DNA of 64,000 nucleotides from a virus (Duplodnaviria; Caudoviricetes): IMG/VR virus record IMGVR_UViG_641736227_000002; one strand, 5' to 3'. Shown piece by piece: positions 38,422 to 47,326 of this stretch (position 1 is its first letter; each line of letters starts with the position of its first letter). The notes under the pieces were generated by a model. It saw only the letters and a program-made list of their open reading frames with translations, ran no database searches and was not told where the DNA came from. The position numbers and the translations under genes were made by a program.

Positions 38422-39922
38422 TTCCTCCTTTCAGTATTGTGACAAATTCTCCACTTTCTTTTGCCACAACAACGTCTTTCCCTTTTATATAGAAGAAAGT
38501 CTCCCCTGCCTGACCTCTCCATTCTCCGCTTCTGACCTCACTGGCATTTTCAACAATGTCTAAAATCGTGTGCCGCATAGTCTGTCTGTCCTTGGTACTC
38601 TTAGGGTTCAGACCGTATTCTTTGGTATGTTTTCCAATCTTCTTTCCGAACTGTTTGTCTGATACCTTTATTATACTACTGTTTTCTACCTTTTGATACC
38701 GTTTGTTAGCCCATACAGCCTTCTGAGCCACGCTCCGATTGAATCCCACGATATTTCCACTACTGTCCAGAACTGCATGAACCTGAGTCCTTGCAGATTC
38801 TACCCGTCGGCCCGTCTGCTTACAAAATTCCTTGAGTTTCTTTTCCTGCCATTTGAGCCTCACCGATTCGGATTCAAAGCGCTGCTGCAAGGTATTTTTC
38901 AATACCTCGTCGTTTCCTGCTGCCTTGATCCCGGCATCGTATCCGGTCAGCTTTCGCTTTGTCCCTCTGATCTGTCTCTCCTGGAAACGCTGCATCTGTG
39001 AAACTTCATATTCTTTATATTTTTTACCTTTATACTCATATTTCTTCGTGTCATAGTCTTGAAGCATTGCATCTGTATATGCTCGCACAGACACGCCAGG
39101 AATAAAGACGTGAAAGTTATGCCTGCAATTCCATCCGCAAAGCCCCTCCCCTGTTCCATATCCGGTCATGGAAAATGGAGGGTAGTTAGGATCTTTCCCA
39201 GATATACAGAACACCAGCCCCTGCCAGAGTGCGTGCGATGGTCTGGCACCGCTATGCGCAGTTACTTCTACATAATCACAGCCCATTTCCTGCGCATATG
39301 CAAGCGTCATTTCTGCTGCCGACTGGTTCACGCCTGTCAATACGGCCCGTCTGACAGCCACATCCAGCTTATCTACATGACCGGATGGAAATAACACCTC
39401 CGTGCCTTGGCCTGCTGCCTCCTTTATTGCATCCGCTATGGCCTTATCGTAAGAAAATGCCCCTGTCTGCACCTTGAGCATGGCACTGTTGCATGCATTT
39501 ATGTAAGCGCTCTGAGCCTTATTTGCCGTTGTGAGAGTAAGATTCTTTATCTCTCCCTTGGTCTTTCTAAGATTGGCGTTTAGAATCTGCTGCATTTCCT
39601 TTGACTGGTGCAACTCCTTCGGTTCCATTCCAGCCATTTTGTAAATGACAGATTCATTTTTGATATTTTTAACCCCGGCCTCTTTAAATAGACGGTCTAT
39701 CTCCCGATCTATATATCCGGTTGTCTGTCCAATCCGTTTAATAGCGTCTTGATAGACCATTCCGGCGTTCTGCAGGACATGAGCCTGATGTTTTGCTGTG
39801 TCTGTGATGTGCTTTGTCTTTGCAATTCGGCGGGCAATGTCCCCGATAAGAGAGATCGACAGTTCATCTATTAAGGCTAGGAGTTGGTCACTGCATTTAT
39901 CCAGGTATTCGGGATCAAGCAT
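38384..39922 (-). CDS. Minor capsid (MuF) protein with C-terminal colicin-D-like toxin domain
   Basis: HSGARPSH..WQG, GLCGWNCRHNF; C-terminal KQFGKKIGKH..EYGL...VVVAKESGEFVTILK. Confidence 0.85.
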   Translation of the reverse strand: MLDPEYLDKCSDQLLALIDELSISLIGDIARRIAKTKHITDTAKHQAHVLQNAGMVYQDAIKRIGQTTGYIDREIDRLFKEAGVKNIKNESVIYKMAGMEPKELHQSKEMQQILNANLRKTKGEIKNLTLTTANKAQSAYINACNSAMLKVQTGAFSYDKAIADAIKEAAGQGTEVLFPSGHVDKLDVAVRRAVLTGVNQSAAEMTLAYAQEMGCDYVEVTAHSGARPSHALWQGLVFCISGKDPNYPPFSMTGYGTGEGLCGWNCRHNFHVFIPGVSVRAYTDAMLQDYDTKKYEYKGKKYKEYEVSQMQRFQERQIRGTKRKLTGYDAGIKAAGNDEVLKNTLQQRFESESVRLKWQEKKLKEFCKQTGRRVESARTQVHAVLDSSGNIVGFNRSVAQKAVWANKRYQKVENSSIIKVSDKQFGKKIGKHTKEYGLNPKSTKDRQTMRHTILDIVENASEVRSGEWRGQAGETFFYIKGKDVVVAKESGEFVTILKGGIDNVRVKNARKR

Positions 39923-39932
39923 AAGCTATCAC

Positions 39933-41282
39933 CTACTCTTCCTGTATACCAAACGGATTATTCTGTTGTGATGGCATCATTTTTAGTGCTTCTTCTTCGG
40001 AAACACCGTATTTCTTAGCGACATACAGCTCTTTACGAATGAATCCGCCAGTTGCGTCCTGCTGCATAGATAAGAGTTCCTGCTCCTTATCTATTACGAT
40101 CGAATCATCCCAGTTGAATGATAGTTCATACTTTTTCCCTCCGGGAAGCCCGCCAAGCTGCGCCAGAACATCCATGGAATAGACTAAATGTTCCAGTGCT
40201 TTTTGCAAAGATTTTTGTATGTCTGATACCGTGCTGTACGATCTCTGTTTACTTGCTTTGATCTCTTCGGCTGTCTTGTCAACATTTTCCGGGTTGCTCA
40301 GTGTTCCGTATGCTAGACCACAGTTAAACTCTATACGACGTAGGATGTTATTAAATCCATTGAAAAGGCTCTCGTCTCTGATCGCTGGAGAGTATACTTT
40401 ATACTTTTCATCGTTGTCTTCAAAATCCATGATCCTAAATAGCCTTTCACGGCCTTCCGGTAGGTCCCACTCTCCGGTTCTTTCATTTTTCTTGAACATG
40501 CCATTATCCACATCCACAGCAAGTTCCGAACCTTCGTATTCCCAAACAATTCGGGTCCATTGCCGATCTGCTTCTCTTATGTCGCTTACAGCCCTAGAAT
40601 AGACAGAAACGCCAAGCGGCGATTGATCGTCTATGTTATTTGCGTTTGGTACCTTGAAGTAAGCAAACAGTGGTTTTTCTACGTTCTCGATGTTCGTTTC
40701 CGGTTCCAGATCCGCCCACTCCGGCACCGCAGTGAGTGAAACTTCCCGCCCGAGGTTCTCCGTTGTATCCGTATCGCTCTTTACATACACTCTGTTATGG
40801 ATCGTGTAGCTACTGCCATTCCACTCGTGGAGTTCCAGTCTGGTGTATGTCTGCTTCCCTTTGTTAAGCGTCTCTACGAATACAGCAGACGTGATCTCTC
40901 CCCGACTATTGTATCCAGTCGGGAAAAATCTGTCTGCCTGTACTGTATCCACTTCGATATGTCCGTCTGTCACATATGGTTTAAAGGCAAGTCCGCCTTT
41001 TGCACAGCCATACTCACAATATCTGCGGATGTCTTCTATAACCGCTTGGTATTCGGTATCTAAGAAATCATTTCCGCTTACCTCTGTCTGTAATTCCAAA
41101 GTGACCAGTCTTGCCATCTCTGCCGCAACTGCTGCTGACAGGCCACAACTTAGTACATTCTTTTTTACCCAGGGAGGCTTATTTTCGTACATCTTAGCCC
41201 ATAGTTCTATTGCCTGGCCCATTCTGTCCGAAATAGCCACGTCCACGCCTAAAGCGTCCTTGACCTTTTCTTTCCCAAGCAT
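39933..41282 (-). CDS. Portal protein (SPP1/A118 type); start uncertain
   Basis: SPLGVS, YSPAIR, KTAEEI, FNWDDSIVID. Confidence 0.9.
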   Translation of the reverse strand: MLGKEKVKDALGVDVAISDRMGQAIELWAKMYENKPPWVKKNVLSCGLSAAVAAEMARLVTLELQTEVSGNDFLDTEYQAVIEDIRRYCEYGCAKGGLAFKPYVTDGHIEVDTVQADRFFPTGYNSRGEITSAVFVETLNKGKQTYTRLELHEWNGSSYTIHNRVYVKSDTDTTENLGREVSLTAVPEWADLEPETNIENVEKPLFAYFKVPNANNIDDQSPLGVSVYSRAVSDIREADRQWTRIVWEYEGSELAVDVDNGMFKKNERTGEWDLPEGRERLFRIMDFEDNDEKYKVYSPAIRDESLFNGFNNILRRIEFNCGLAYGTLSNPENVDKTAEEIKASKQRSYSTVSDIQKSLQKALEHLVYSMDVLAQLGGLPGGKKYELSFNWDDSIVIDKEQELLSMQQDATGGFIRKELYVAKKYGVSEEEALKMMPSQQNNPFGIQEE

Positions 41283-41328
41283 CTTTTTTATCACCTGCCT
41301 TATTCTTTCGATAAATCCTAACACCTCA

Positions 41329-42594
41329 TCAACTCCATTTCCGTTCTCTTCGGATGATCGTATATGCAAAGTACCGTACCGCATCCATGCAGTGGTCATG
41401 CTGCTTAATCGGTTTATCCTCTCCACGTTCCAGGGCCTTATCGTCCCATATATAAGAGGAAAACTCTTTAATCGTTTCCTGGCAGTCCTCCGAGAACAGC
41501 AGCACGCCAAGGTTTAGCATGTTTCCCACGAACCGGATGCCGTCCAGCACATCATTTTTGGCTTTCTTGATCCGGAATCCTCGCTTCTTTAACTCTGCTA
41601 TAAAAGAAGCAGCCGCAGGATCGACAATCACCCTCTCTATGTCTATACCCTTCGTGAACTCTTCCAGATCGTCTGCATACTCGCTGTCCGTTTTCTGGCT
41701 GCTCTCATCCCGGCCTGAGTAATAGTATTCCTTGCTGCAAATCCATTTCCCTTTCAGGTTCTTTCCCCACAGCAGGAACACCGTGGCGTTCTGAGTACCA
41801 TAGTCGATGCTTATATACCTGCTTCCTATGCTCTCCTGTGATCCATTTACAATGTGCTTTTCCGCATCGAACATATCAAAGATAATGCCCTCTGCTACGG
41901 CCCACAGGCCAAGGATATACCGCTTATAGAATACTCCGCTATACATGGACCGATAACGGGCCTTGATACGCTCTGTAAGGGACAGGTTGTCTTCCATGGT
42001 AAAGTGAAGATAGACCAGCCTCTTTTCCTCTGCCCGGTCAATCCAGTTTGTTTTAAACCAGTGATACGGTCCATCTGGATTGCAGTTAAACCAGAACTTC
42101 GATCCATCGACCGAACAACGCCCTGTTGCCTGATTTACAAAGGATTCCGGCATCAGTGCCACTTCATCGAAGAAAACCCCAGCCAGGGTAATTCCTTGAA
42201 TGAGATCCTGTGAACGTTCGTCTTTACCGCCGAACACATAAAAATAGTTCGCTTTCCCCTTACGTGTGACCACCACCAGATTGTCTGCCCGGTGATCTTC
42301 CACTTTATATCCACGGCTACGCAGCATAAGTTTGAGCCAGAACAGCACGTTTCTACGAAAAGAGCCAATGGTCTTTCCGCACATAGCAAAGTTCTGACCG
42401 TCAAAACATTCCATAGCCCACATGACGAATGATAGTGACATACATAGCGTCTTTCCCGACCGGATTGCACCATCCGCAATGATTCCATCCTGCTTCTGCA
42501 CTGGTGAGTTAGGCAGCCACCAGGTAAAGACCTGCTTCTGTTTCTTAGAAAATGGAAGGAATTTAAAGACAGCTTTCTTTATTCTTCCTGCCAT
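41329..42594 (-). CDS. Terminase large subunit (PBSX family)
   Basis: DGAIRSGKT, FFDEVAL, NCNP, IDYGTQN, VDPAA, DHCMDA. Confidence 0.95.
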   Translation of the reverse strand: MAGRIKKAVFKFLPFSKKQKQVFTWWLPNSPVQKQDGIIADGAIRSGKTLCMSLSFVMWAMECFDGQNFAMCGKTIGSFRRNVLFWLKLMLRSRGYKVEDHRADNLVVVTRKGKANYFYVFGGKDERSQDLIQGITLAGVFFDEVALMPESFVNQATGRCSVDGSKFWFNCNPDGPYHWFKTNWIDRAEEKRLVYLHFTMEDNLSLTERIKARYRSMYSGVFYKRYILGLWAVAEGIIFDMFDAEKHIVNGSQESIGSRYISIDYGTQNATVFLLWGKNLKGKWICSKEYYYSGRDESSQKTDSEYADDLEEFTKGIDIERVIVDPAAASFIAELKKRGFRIKKAKNDVLDGIRFVGNMLNLGVLLFSEDCQETIKEFSSYIWDDKALERGEDKPIKQHDHCMDAVRYFAYTIIRRERKWS

Positions 42595-43409
42595 AGATCA
42601 TCCACCTGCCCTTTTAGTGCTTCGATGAATCCATCATCCTCGGTTTCCTCAGGCCCATCGTCTTCCAACTTCCTACGCTGCGCCTGCAACAGCTTGACTT
42701 TCTCTTTCTGCTCAGGTGTCGCAAGATCCATGTGATCGCTGATCCACTGCATGGCCTTCATCCGGTCAGCCAGCTTCACTTTTACCCCGTCCTTGCCCTT
42801 TGATACCTCTGAGAGTAATGTACCGTCTACCTCTCTAGCATCCTTTATATTGACATAGGAAATGGTCATAGGCCCGTTATCCGTTTCTATTTCCATGTTT
42901 CCAAAATCGGTAAAGTCGGTTATATCGGCCCGGGCAATATCCAAATACCATTGAAATACGTCTGGTCCTTCCAGCATCGCTTTATTAAGCCTACCCTGCT
43001 TGAGCCGCTGTATTTCCTCTTTGATTCGTGTATTTCTGAGCAGCCCTGGGCCGTTTGTGAGTGCAGTTTCATAGCTGCACCCGTATGCTTTTCTGTATGC
43101 CTTGGTTGCGTTGAAACACTTTATGTATAGGCAGCAAAAAAGCCGTTGCTTATCCGTGAGGTTCGGGTTGTCTATAACCTGTTCCACTTCCGGCGCAATG
43201 GCTTCTCTCTCCTTGATATTCTGTTCTGTTTCCTGTTTCCGAACGTTCGCTTTCTTACCCGAACGTTCGCTATCCCATCCCTGAGTACTTTTCCACCGTC
43301 TTACGGTTCCCGGTGGCTTTCCTATCTCTTTTGCTATGTCTACCAGATTCATTCCGCTTTTATACATCCGTTCTGCTTTTATTGAATCCGGGCTTCTACT
43401 TCGTGGCAC
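42579..43409 (-). CDS. Terminase small subunit with N-terminal HTH
   Basis: LVDIAKEIG...TVRRWKS; LTDKQRLFC...NATKAY. Confidence 0.9.
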   Translation of the reverse strand: MPRSRSPDSIKAERMYKSGMNLVDIAKEIGKPPGTVRRWKSTQGWDSERSGKKANVRKQETEQNIKEREAIAPEVEQVIDNPNLTDKQRLFCCLYIKCFNATKAYRKAYGCSYETALTNGPGLLRNTRIKEEIQRLKQGRLNKAMLEGPDVFQWYLDIARADITDFTDFGNMEIETDNGPMTISYVNIKDAREVDGTLLSEVSKGKDGVKVKLADRMKAMQWISDHMDLATPEQKEKVKLLQAQRRKLEDDGPEETEDDGFIEALKGQVDDLWQEE

Positions 43410-43426
43410 TTTTCTTTCACCTCTTG

Positions 43427-44026
43427 TTATCTTCCCATCTGTCTAATCCATGCCTCTACTTCTTCTTCGTTGTAACTTAGCTGTTCCAGCACTGTTACAA
43501 GAGGAACTGTCTGGTTCAGAAATATCTGTTCATATGCATACCTCATGCATCTTGCTATTTCCTCATACATCACAGCCCCTGTTGCCCCTCCAAACGCTGG
43601 GATCATGGCTGTCTGTACTCCGAGTTTTTTCAGCTCAATAAGGCTGCTTCTCATACAGTTGTAGATAACGGATTTATCTACAACTATTTCTGGTATTCTC
43701 ATTGTCGGGGAGTATACGAGATACTTACCTCCAACTTTGACTGTTGTTGCACTTCCAGGCGGCAGTTCTCCATACCAATCTTTCTGTATTTTTCTTTGCA
43801 AGTCTTCTTGAGCCTTCATTCCAAAATAATTTCTTATTTCTAAATCCAGCCCGCCATCCATAATTCCGAAACTATTTCCAGGCGCTACGATTGCCTCTGG
43901 TTTATACTCTTTTATGAAAACTTGAAAATCACTAGTAACAATCTCAACATTTTGGTATTGAAATGTTTTTTTCCATGCTTCTGTCATATGTCTATTCAAA
44001 TCTAATAAATACAGTTTCATGAACAC
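43427..44026 (-). CDS. Macro domain (ADP-ribose-binding/hydrolase) protein
   Basis: AIVAPGNSFGIMDGGLD; SPTMR; IPAFGGATG. Confidence 0.88.
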   Translation of the reverse strand: MFMKLYLLDLNRHMTEAWKKTFQYQNVEIVTSDFQVFIKEYKPEAIVAPGNSFGIMDGGLDLEIRNYFGMKAQEDLQRKIQKDWYGELPPGSATTVKVGGKYLVYSPTMRIPEIVVDKSVIYNCMRSSLIELKKLGVQTAMIPAFGGATGAVMYEEIARCMRYAYEQIFLNQTVPLVTVLEQLSYNEEEVEAWIRQMGR

Positions 44027-44481
44027 CCTCTTGGATAATATGTGCGTTCTTCAAGTTGCTTCTTTACATTTTCCATTACAGCTTTAGCAACTTTGCTTGA
44101 ATCAACTGTGACTTCTTTCGTTACAATATTGCCCTCCGGCAGGTCAATAGCGTCCACATCAATAAATGCCTGCAACATCTTCGGAAACTGCAATGCGATC
44201 CAGTCTGTAATCTCCTCTGACTGTCCCCATGCTTTCACATTTCCACTATTGTTCCATAACCCGCTTTCGTACAGAAACGCATGAACAATTTCATGCCGTA
44301 ATACCTTTTTCCTGTAAGAATCAAGGTCCTTGATACTGTCTCTATCGCTTTCACCAAAGTCTGCAATCCATATTTCTCTAATGCTCTGATCCATACATCC
44401 ATCTCCACCAAACGGCATTTTTTCTGATGGTACATCGAGCTTAATTGTATATTCTGTTCCTAAAACATTTACTTTCTGCAT
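44017..44481 (-). CDS. HExxH metallopeptidase-like phage protein
   Basis: VLRHEIVHAFLYESG...EEITDW. Confidence 0.7.
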   Translation of the reverse strand: MQKVNVLGTEYTIKLDVPSEKMPFGGDGCMDQSIREIWIADFGESDRDSIKDLDSYRKKVLRHEIVHAFLYESGLWNNSGNVKAWGQSEEITDWIALQFPKMLQAFIDVDAIDLPEGNIVTKEVTVDSSKVAKAVMENVKKQLEERTYYPRGCS

Positions 44482-44501
44482 ACTTGCCTCCTTTTCTATA
44501 G

Positions 44502-44585
44502 CGGAGAATGAAGGACTCGAACCTCCGCACCCCGGAGGGTGTACCGGTTAGCAACCGGCTGCATTTCCAACTCTGCCAATTCTCC
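44502..44585 (-). tRNA. tRNA-Ser (GCT)
   Basis: GGAGAAT/ATTCTCC acceptor, TTGCTAA loop, long variable arm, GGTTCGAGTCC T-arm, G discriminator. Confidence 0.92.
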
Positions 44586-44717
44586 ATACGGGCTTAGCCC
44601 GTAGCAATATATTTTATGTGCCATGCCGGGCACACCGTGTTCTTCGAATAATTATTTTTTGTATAGGACAGAACACAGAAGACCCATTACGGTTGTAAAG
44701 TTTTGCTCCTTAAAAAC

Positions 44718-44883
44718 CACCTGTGCGCCCTCGTTTCGTACTCACGTTTCCCATCGTTCACGCACTTTCCTTAATTACTCCAGAGCCATTCGCACATTGC
44801 ATCTTCCACGTAAATACAACTTTTTTGCGAATGAGTTTTTTGCGACCCGCATCGTGGAACTTTATTGGGCCGCCGTCTAGGTG
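44718..44883 (-). ncRNA. Candidate structured RNA with kissing loops
   Basis: Nested stems plus complementary loop segments TTCCACG/CGTGGAA; G-U pairs favour minus strand. Confidence 0.55.
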
Positions 44884-44889
44884 TAAAAA

Positions 44890-44957
44890 GCGGATGTCCC
44901 GGAATCGAACCGAGATGAAGGGAGCGACCCTTCCGTCTGCCATTGACATAACATCCA
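44890..44957 (-). ncRNA. tRNA-like element with non-canonical anticodon arm
   Basis: TGGATGT/ACATCCG acceptor, D-arm TGTC-AATGGCA-GACG, T-arm CTCGG-TTCGATT-CCGGG; anticodon arm GAAGGG-TCGCT-CCCTTC. Confidence 0.7.
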
Positions 44958-45132
44958 CATAAAAATACCCCGATACCTTAGAGATACCGGAGTAATGCCA
45001 AAACAATTAAAGTTTCAATACGCCTTGCGTTTTGGTTTATCCTGTTTAGCTTGGTTGCCACAGCGGCGCCGCCGTGACATCCAGCTAACAAAATGAACGA
45101 TTGACCTATTCGTTCTATAATAACTATATCAT

Positions 45133-45615
45133 TTATTTACCGGACGGTGTCGGACACTTTTCAACTTTTTCTAAAAATCTGCTATGTTTTTTTCTGCAGC
45201 TTTCCTCCGTGTATATTCTTTTTGGAAACATCCGGTTCATGGTAAGTGCTACCTTGGGCCACGTCAGTTCGTCTATGTAGTATAGGCGAAAAATAATCCG
45301 TAACTCGCTGGATGTAATAGAATTTATATAGTCCTCCACCTGGCACACAAGCTCTAACAGCTCCCCTTCCATTTTCGCTGCTTTTTCTTTCCTGGCTTTG
45401 ATCTGCAACGCCTTTCTGCGCAATGCTGGCGCTGGCAATCCTTCTACAACAAAGTGTTGTGTGCCGCCCAGGCCCCCGGTGACGGTATCTTTTACAGTTC
45501 CCTCTTCTTCCATTTTGTATAATTCCCTCTCTAGCTGCTCTATTCTCCGGTGAAGGTCTTTTATTTCTTCTTTCATATCGCTGTACTGGATAAGTATATT
45601 TTTACTGATCGTCAC
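45133..45615 (-). CDS. ArpU/RinA-like late transcription activator
   Basis: LRIIFRLYYIDELTWPKVA HTH; last gene before late region. Confidence 0.72.
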   Translation of the reverse strand: MTISKNILIQYSDMKEEIKDLHRRIEQLERELYKMEEEGTVKDTVTGGLGGTQHFVVEGLPAPALRRKALQIKARKEKAAKMEGELLELVCQVEDYINSITSSELRIIFRLYYIDELTWPKVALTMNRMFPKRIYTEESCRKKHSRFLEKVEKCPTPSGK

Positions 45616-45889
45616 CCTGTTCCTCCCCGTAGTGATATAACATCTCAAGCTCATTTTTATCTGCCGTAATGACAATCAGCAGAGAAAGCAAAGCAATAAT
45701 ATTTACTCCTGGTATAAACAGAAAAAGCAAAAGCTTGATTCTGCTTGCCGCCCAGTTTAATCTGCCCGTTTTCTTTGTCTTGATCCCGCCGACCTTTCTT
45801 TTAATCTTCTTGCGGAACATGCAATAGATTCCGACATCTGCCGCCAAAAGCAGCGCTGAAAATCCTAAATGAAAATTAATTAGCCACAT
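45602..45889 (-). CDS. Two-TM membrane protein
   Basis: Two hydrophobic stretches; LFIPGVN. Confidence 0.6.
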   Translation of the reverse strand: MWLINFHLGFSALLLAADVGIYCMFRKKIKRKVGGIKTKKTGRLNWAASRIKLLLFLFIPGVNIIALLSLLIVITADKNELEMLYHYGEEQGDDQ

Positions 45890-45901
45890 CGTATCCCCTC
45901 C

Positions 45902-46984
45902 TTATTTCACCCTGGCTTGTTCTATATTTCTGATAATAACCGTGCTCCCTCCGCCCGGTTCTTCTACAATCTCTATATTCTCTTTCGTGATGTATTCCTC
46001 AATAGGTATCTTAATTTCGATCCCGGCATCCGTCTCTATTGTGATGTATTCTAAGCCCTTGACCGTGTTCTCTTTTCCAACCGTGAACTTGTCATACTGC
46101 ATGTCATTCCGTTCCATCTGATAGTCAAAAAAGCTCTTTTTTTCTGCATCGTCTCCAAAGATCCGGTCCCCGATCTCGTTGACCCGAAACTCATTTTTTT
46201 CGGCGAACTCTTCTCTTAACTTACTCCTGGCATCCATCCGGTTTCTTAACGGTTCGTTCTCATACCGGTTATTGATATCTGTAATAACCTTATTTAGAAT
46301 CTGGAACTTCTTTTTTGGAGCCATATCCGCATGGCACTGCAGAAAACGCTCTGAAATATAATTGATTTTATCACCTGTCAGCATTTCATACTTCTTTTCT
46401 ACCAGCTGTACCTTGTGCTCTAAAAGATCCACGATGACTGCCTCTGTAAGCTTTGCCCCGCCCATAGGCATAATCCGCTGCTTTACGATGTCGTTGACCT
46501 CATTCTCTGCCTCTTTATGTACATATGTCTCCTTATAATTCATCTTAAGAAGTGCCAGATGAACGACGCTGTGTAGCTGGAAACTAACCACGACAAGATC
46601 AGCTGCAGGAATCGTCACGCTATCGCACATGATGTCAAAAAGGCTTTCCGCCAGCACCCGGCTAACCGCTATAAAACTATCGTCTTCCTTTTCCTGCATA
46701 TCTTCCAGCAGTGCCGGGATTGGGGAAATACTACCGTCAAACTGACATTTCTTTGTATCATCGCTATCCAGTATTTTAAATATATGGCCCCTGATAAATT
46801 CCATTAAGTCTGGTCCCATGTCCAGCAGATCATTGGACAGGCCAAGGTATCCGTTATGGCTGTCCAAAATGTGAATGATCCCTTTTCTGATAATAATATC
46901 GTCTCTCTGTAATTCCATTCTATTTTCCTCCTTCATAAATCTTCCTTTACTTCCATTATTACATTCTATACATTCAGAACTCAC
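45902..46984 (-). CDS. Nucleoid-associated protein (YejK/NA37-like)
   Basis: IIHILD, IPAADL, LALLKMNYK, Y.SERFLQC, TDAGIEIKIP; true start probably ~46918. Confidence 0.78.
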   Translation of the reverse strand: MSSECIECNNGSKGRFMKEENRMELQRDDIIIRKGIIHILDSHNGYLGLSNDLLDMGPDLMEFIRGHIFKILDSDDTKKCQFDGSISPIPALLEDMQEKEDDSFIAVSRVLAESLFDIMCDSVTIPAADLVVVSFQLHSVVHLALLKMNYKETYVHKEAENEVNDIVKQRIMPMGGAKLTEAVIVDLLEHKVQLVEKKYEMLTGDKINYISERFLQCHADMAPKKKFQILNKVITDINNRYENEPLRNRMDARSKLREEFAEKNEFRVNEIGDRIFGDDAEKKSFFDYQMERNDMQYDKFTVGKENTVKGLEYITIETDAGIEIKIPIEEYITKENIEIVEEPGGGSTVIIRNIEQARVK

Positions 46985-46995
46985 GTTCTTATAAT
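46976..46995 (+). promoter_or_regulatory. LexA (Cheo/SOS) box abutting -10 element
   Basis: AGAAC-TCAC-GTTCT immediately followed by TATAAT. Confidence 0.7.
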
Positions 46996-47019
46996 AGTGA
47001 TAGAAAGGAGCTGTTTGAT

Positions 47020-47313
47020 ATGCCGTTTACAAATAACAAAATTGAATATGAAGAACCTTTTACTCCTCCGGGGACCCCGATCTCCGTAATCGCAAGCTTC
47101 AGCAAAGACGGTGGTGTAAAACCGCTTTACTTTCGCTACGATACGCCCACACAGACAATGGACGTAAAAATTGAAGATGTAAAGGTTGTAAATCCTCTAC
47201 CCCTTGTCGGTTCTGACTTTTCCTGCACCGTTATGGTAGGAGACAGGCAGAATACTGTCATCCTGCGCTATATGAAGCGGGAAGATCGGTGGTTTCTTCT
47301 GCCTCCTGGGTAA
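47020..47313 (+). CDS. SOS-box-controlled small protein
   Basis: GAAAGGAG RBS; counter-oriented; ISVIASF..DG..KPLYFRY...RWFL. Confidence 0.78.
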   Translation: MPFTNNKIEYEEPFTPPGTPISVIASFSKDGGVKPLYFRYDTPTQTMDVKIEDVKVVNPLPLVGSDFSCTVMVGDRQNTVILRYMKREDRWFLLPPG

Positions 47314-47326
47314 AATCTCAGTTTTA

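Noticed and set aside
43239-43271. LexA boxes in terS
   Set aside because: GAAC and GTTC have no 4-nt spacer and lie in coding sequence
44725-44765. Hammerhead ribozyme
   Set aside because: GAAAC is present but the CTGANGA core is missing
44623-45006. ORFs 44623-44880, 44723-44962, 44758-45006
   Set aside because: They overlap tRNA-like and heavily base-paired sequence; no RBS; protein-unlike composition
45602-46984. Kiwa-like defence pair (TM protein + soluble partner)
   Set aside because: The soluble protein looks like YejK/NA37; gene order and TM count do not fit
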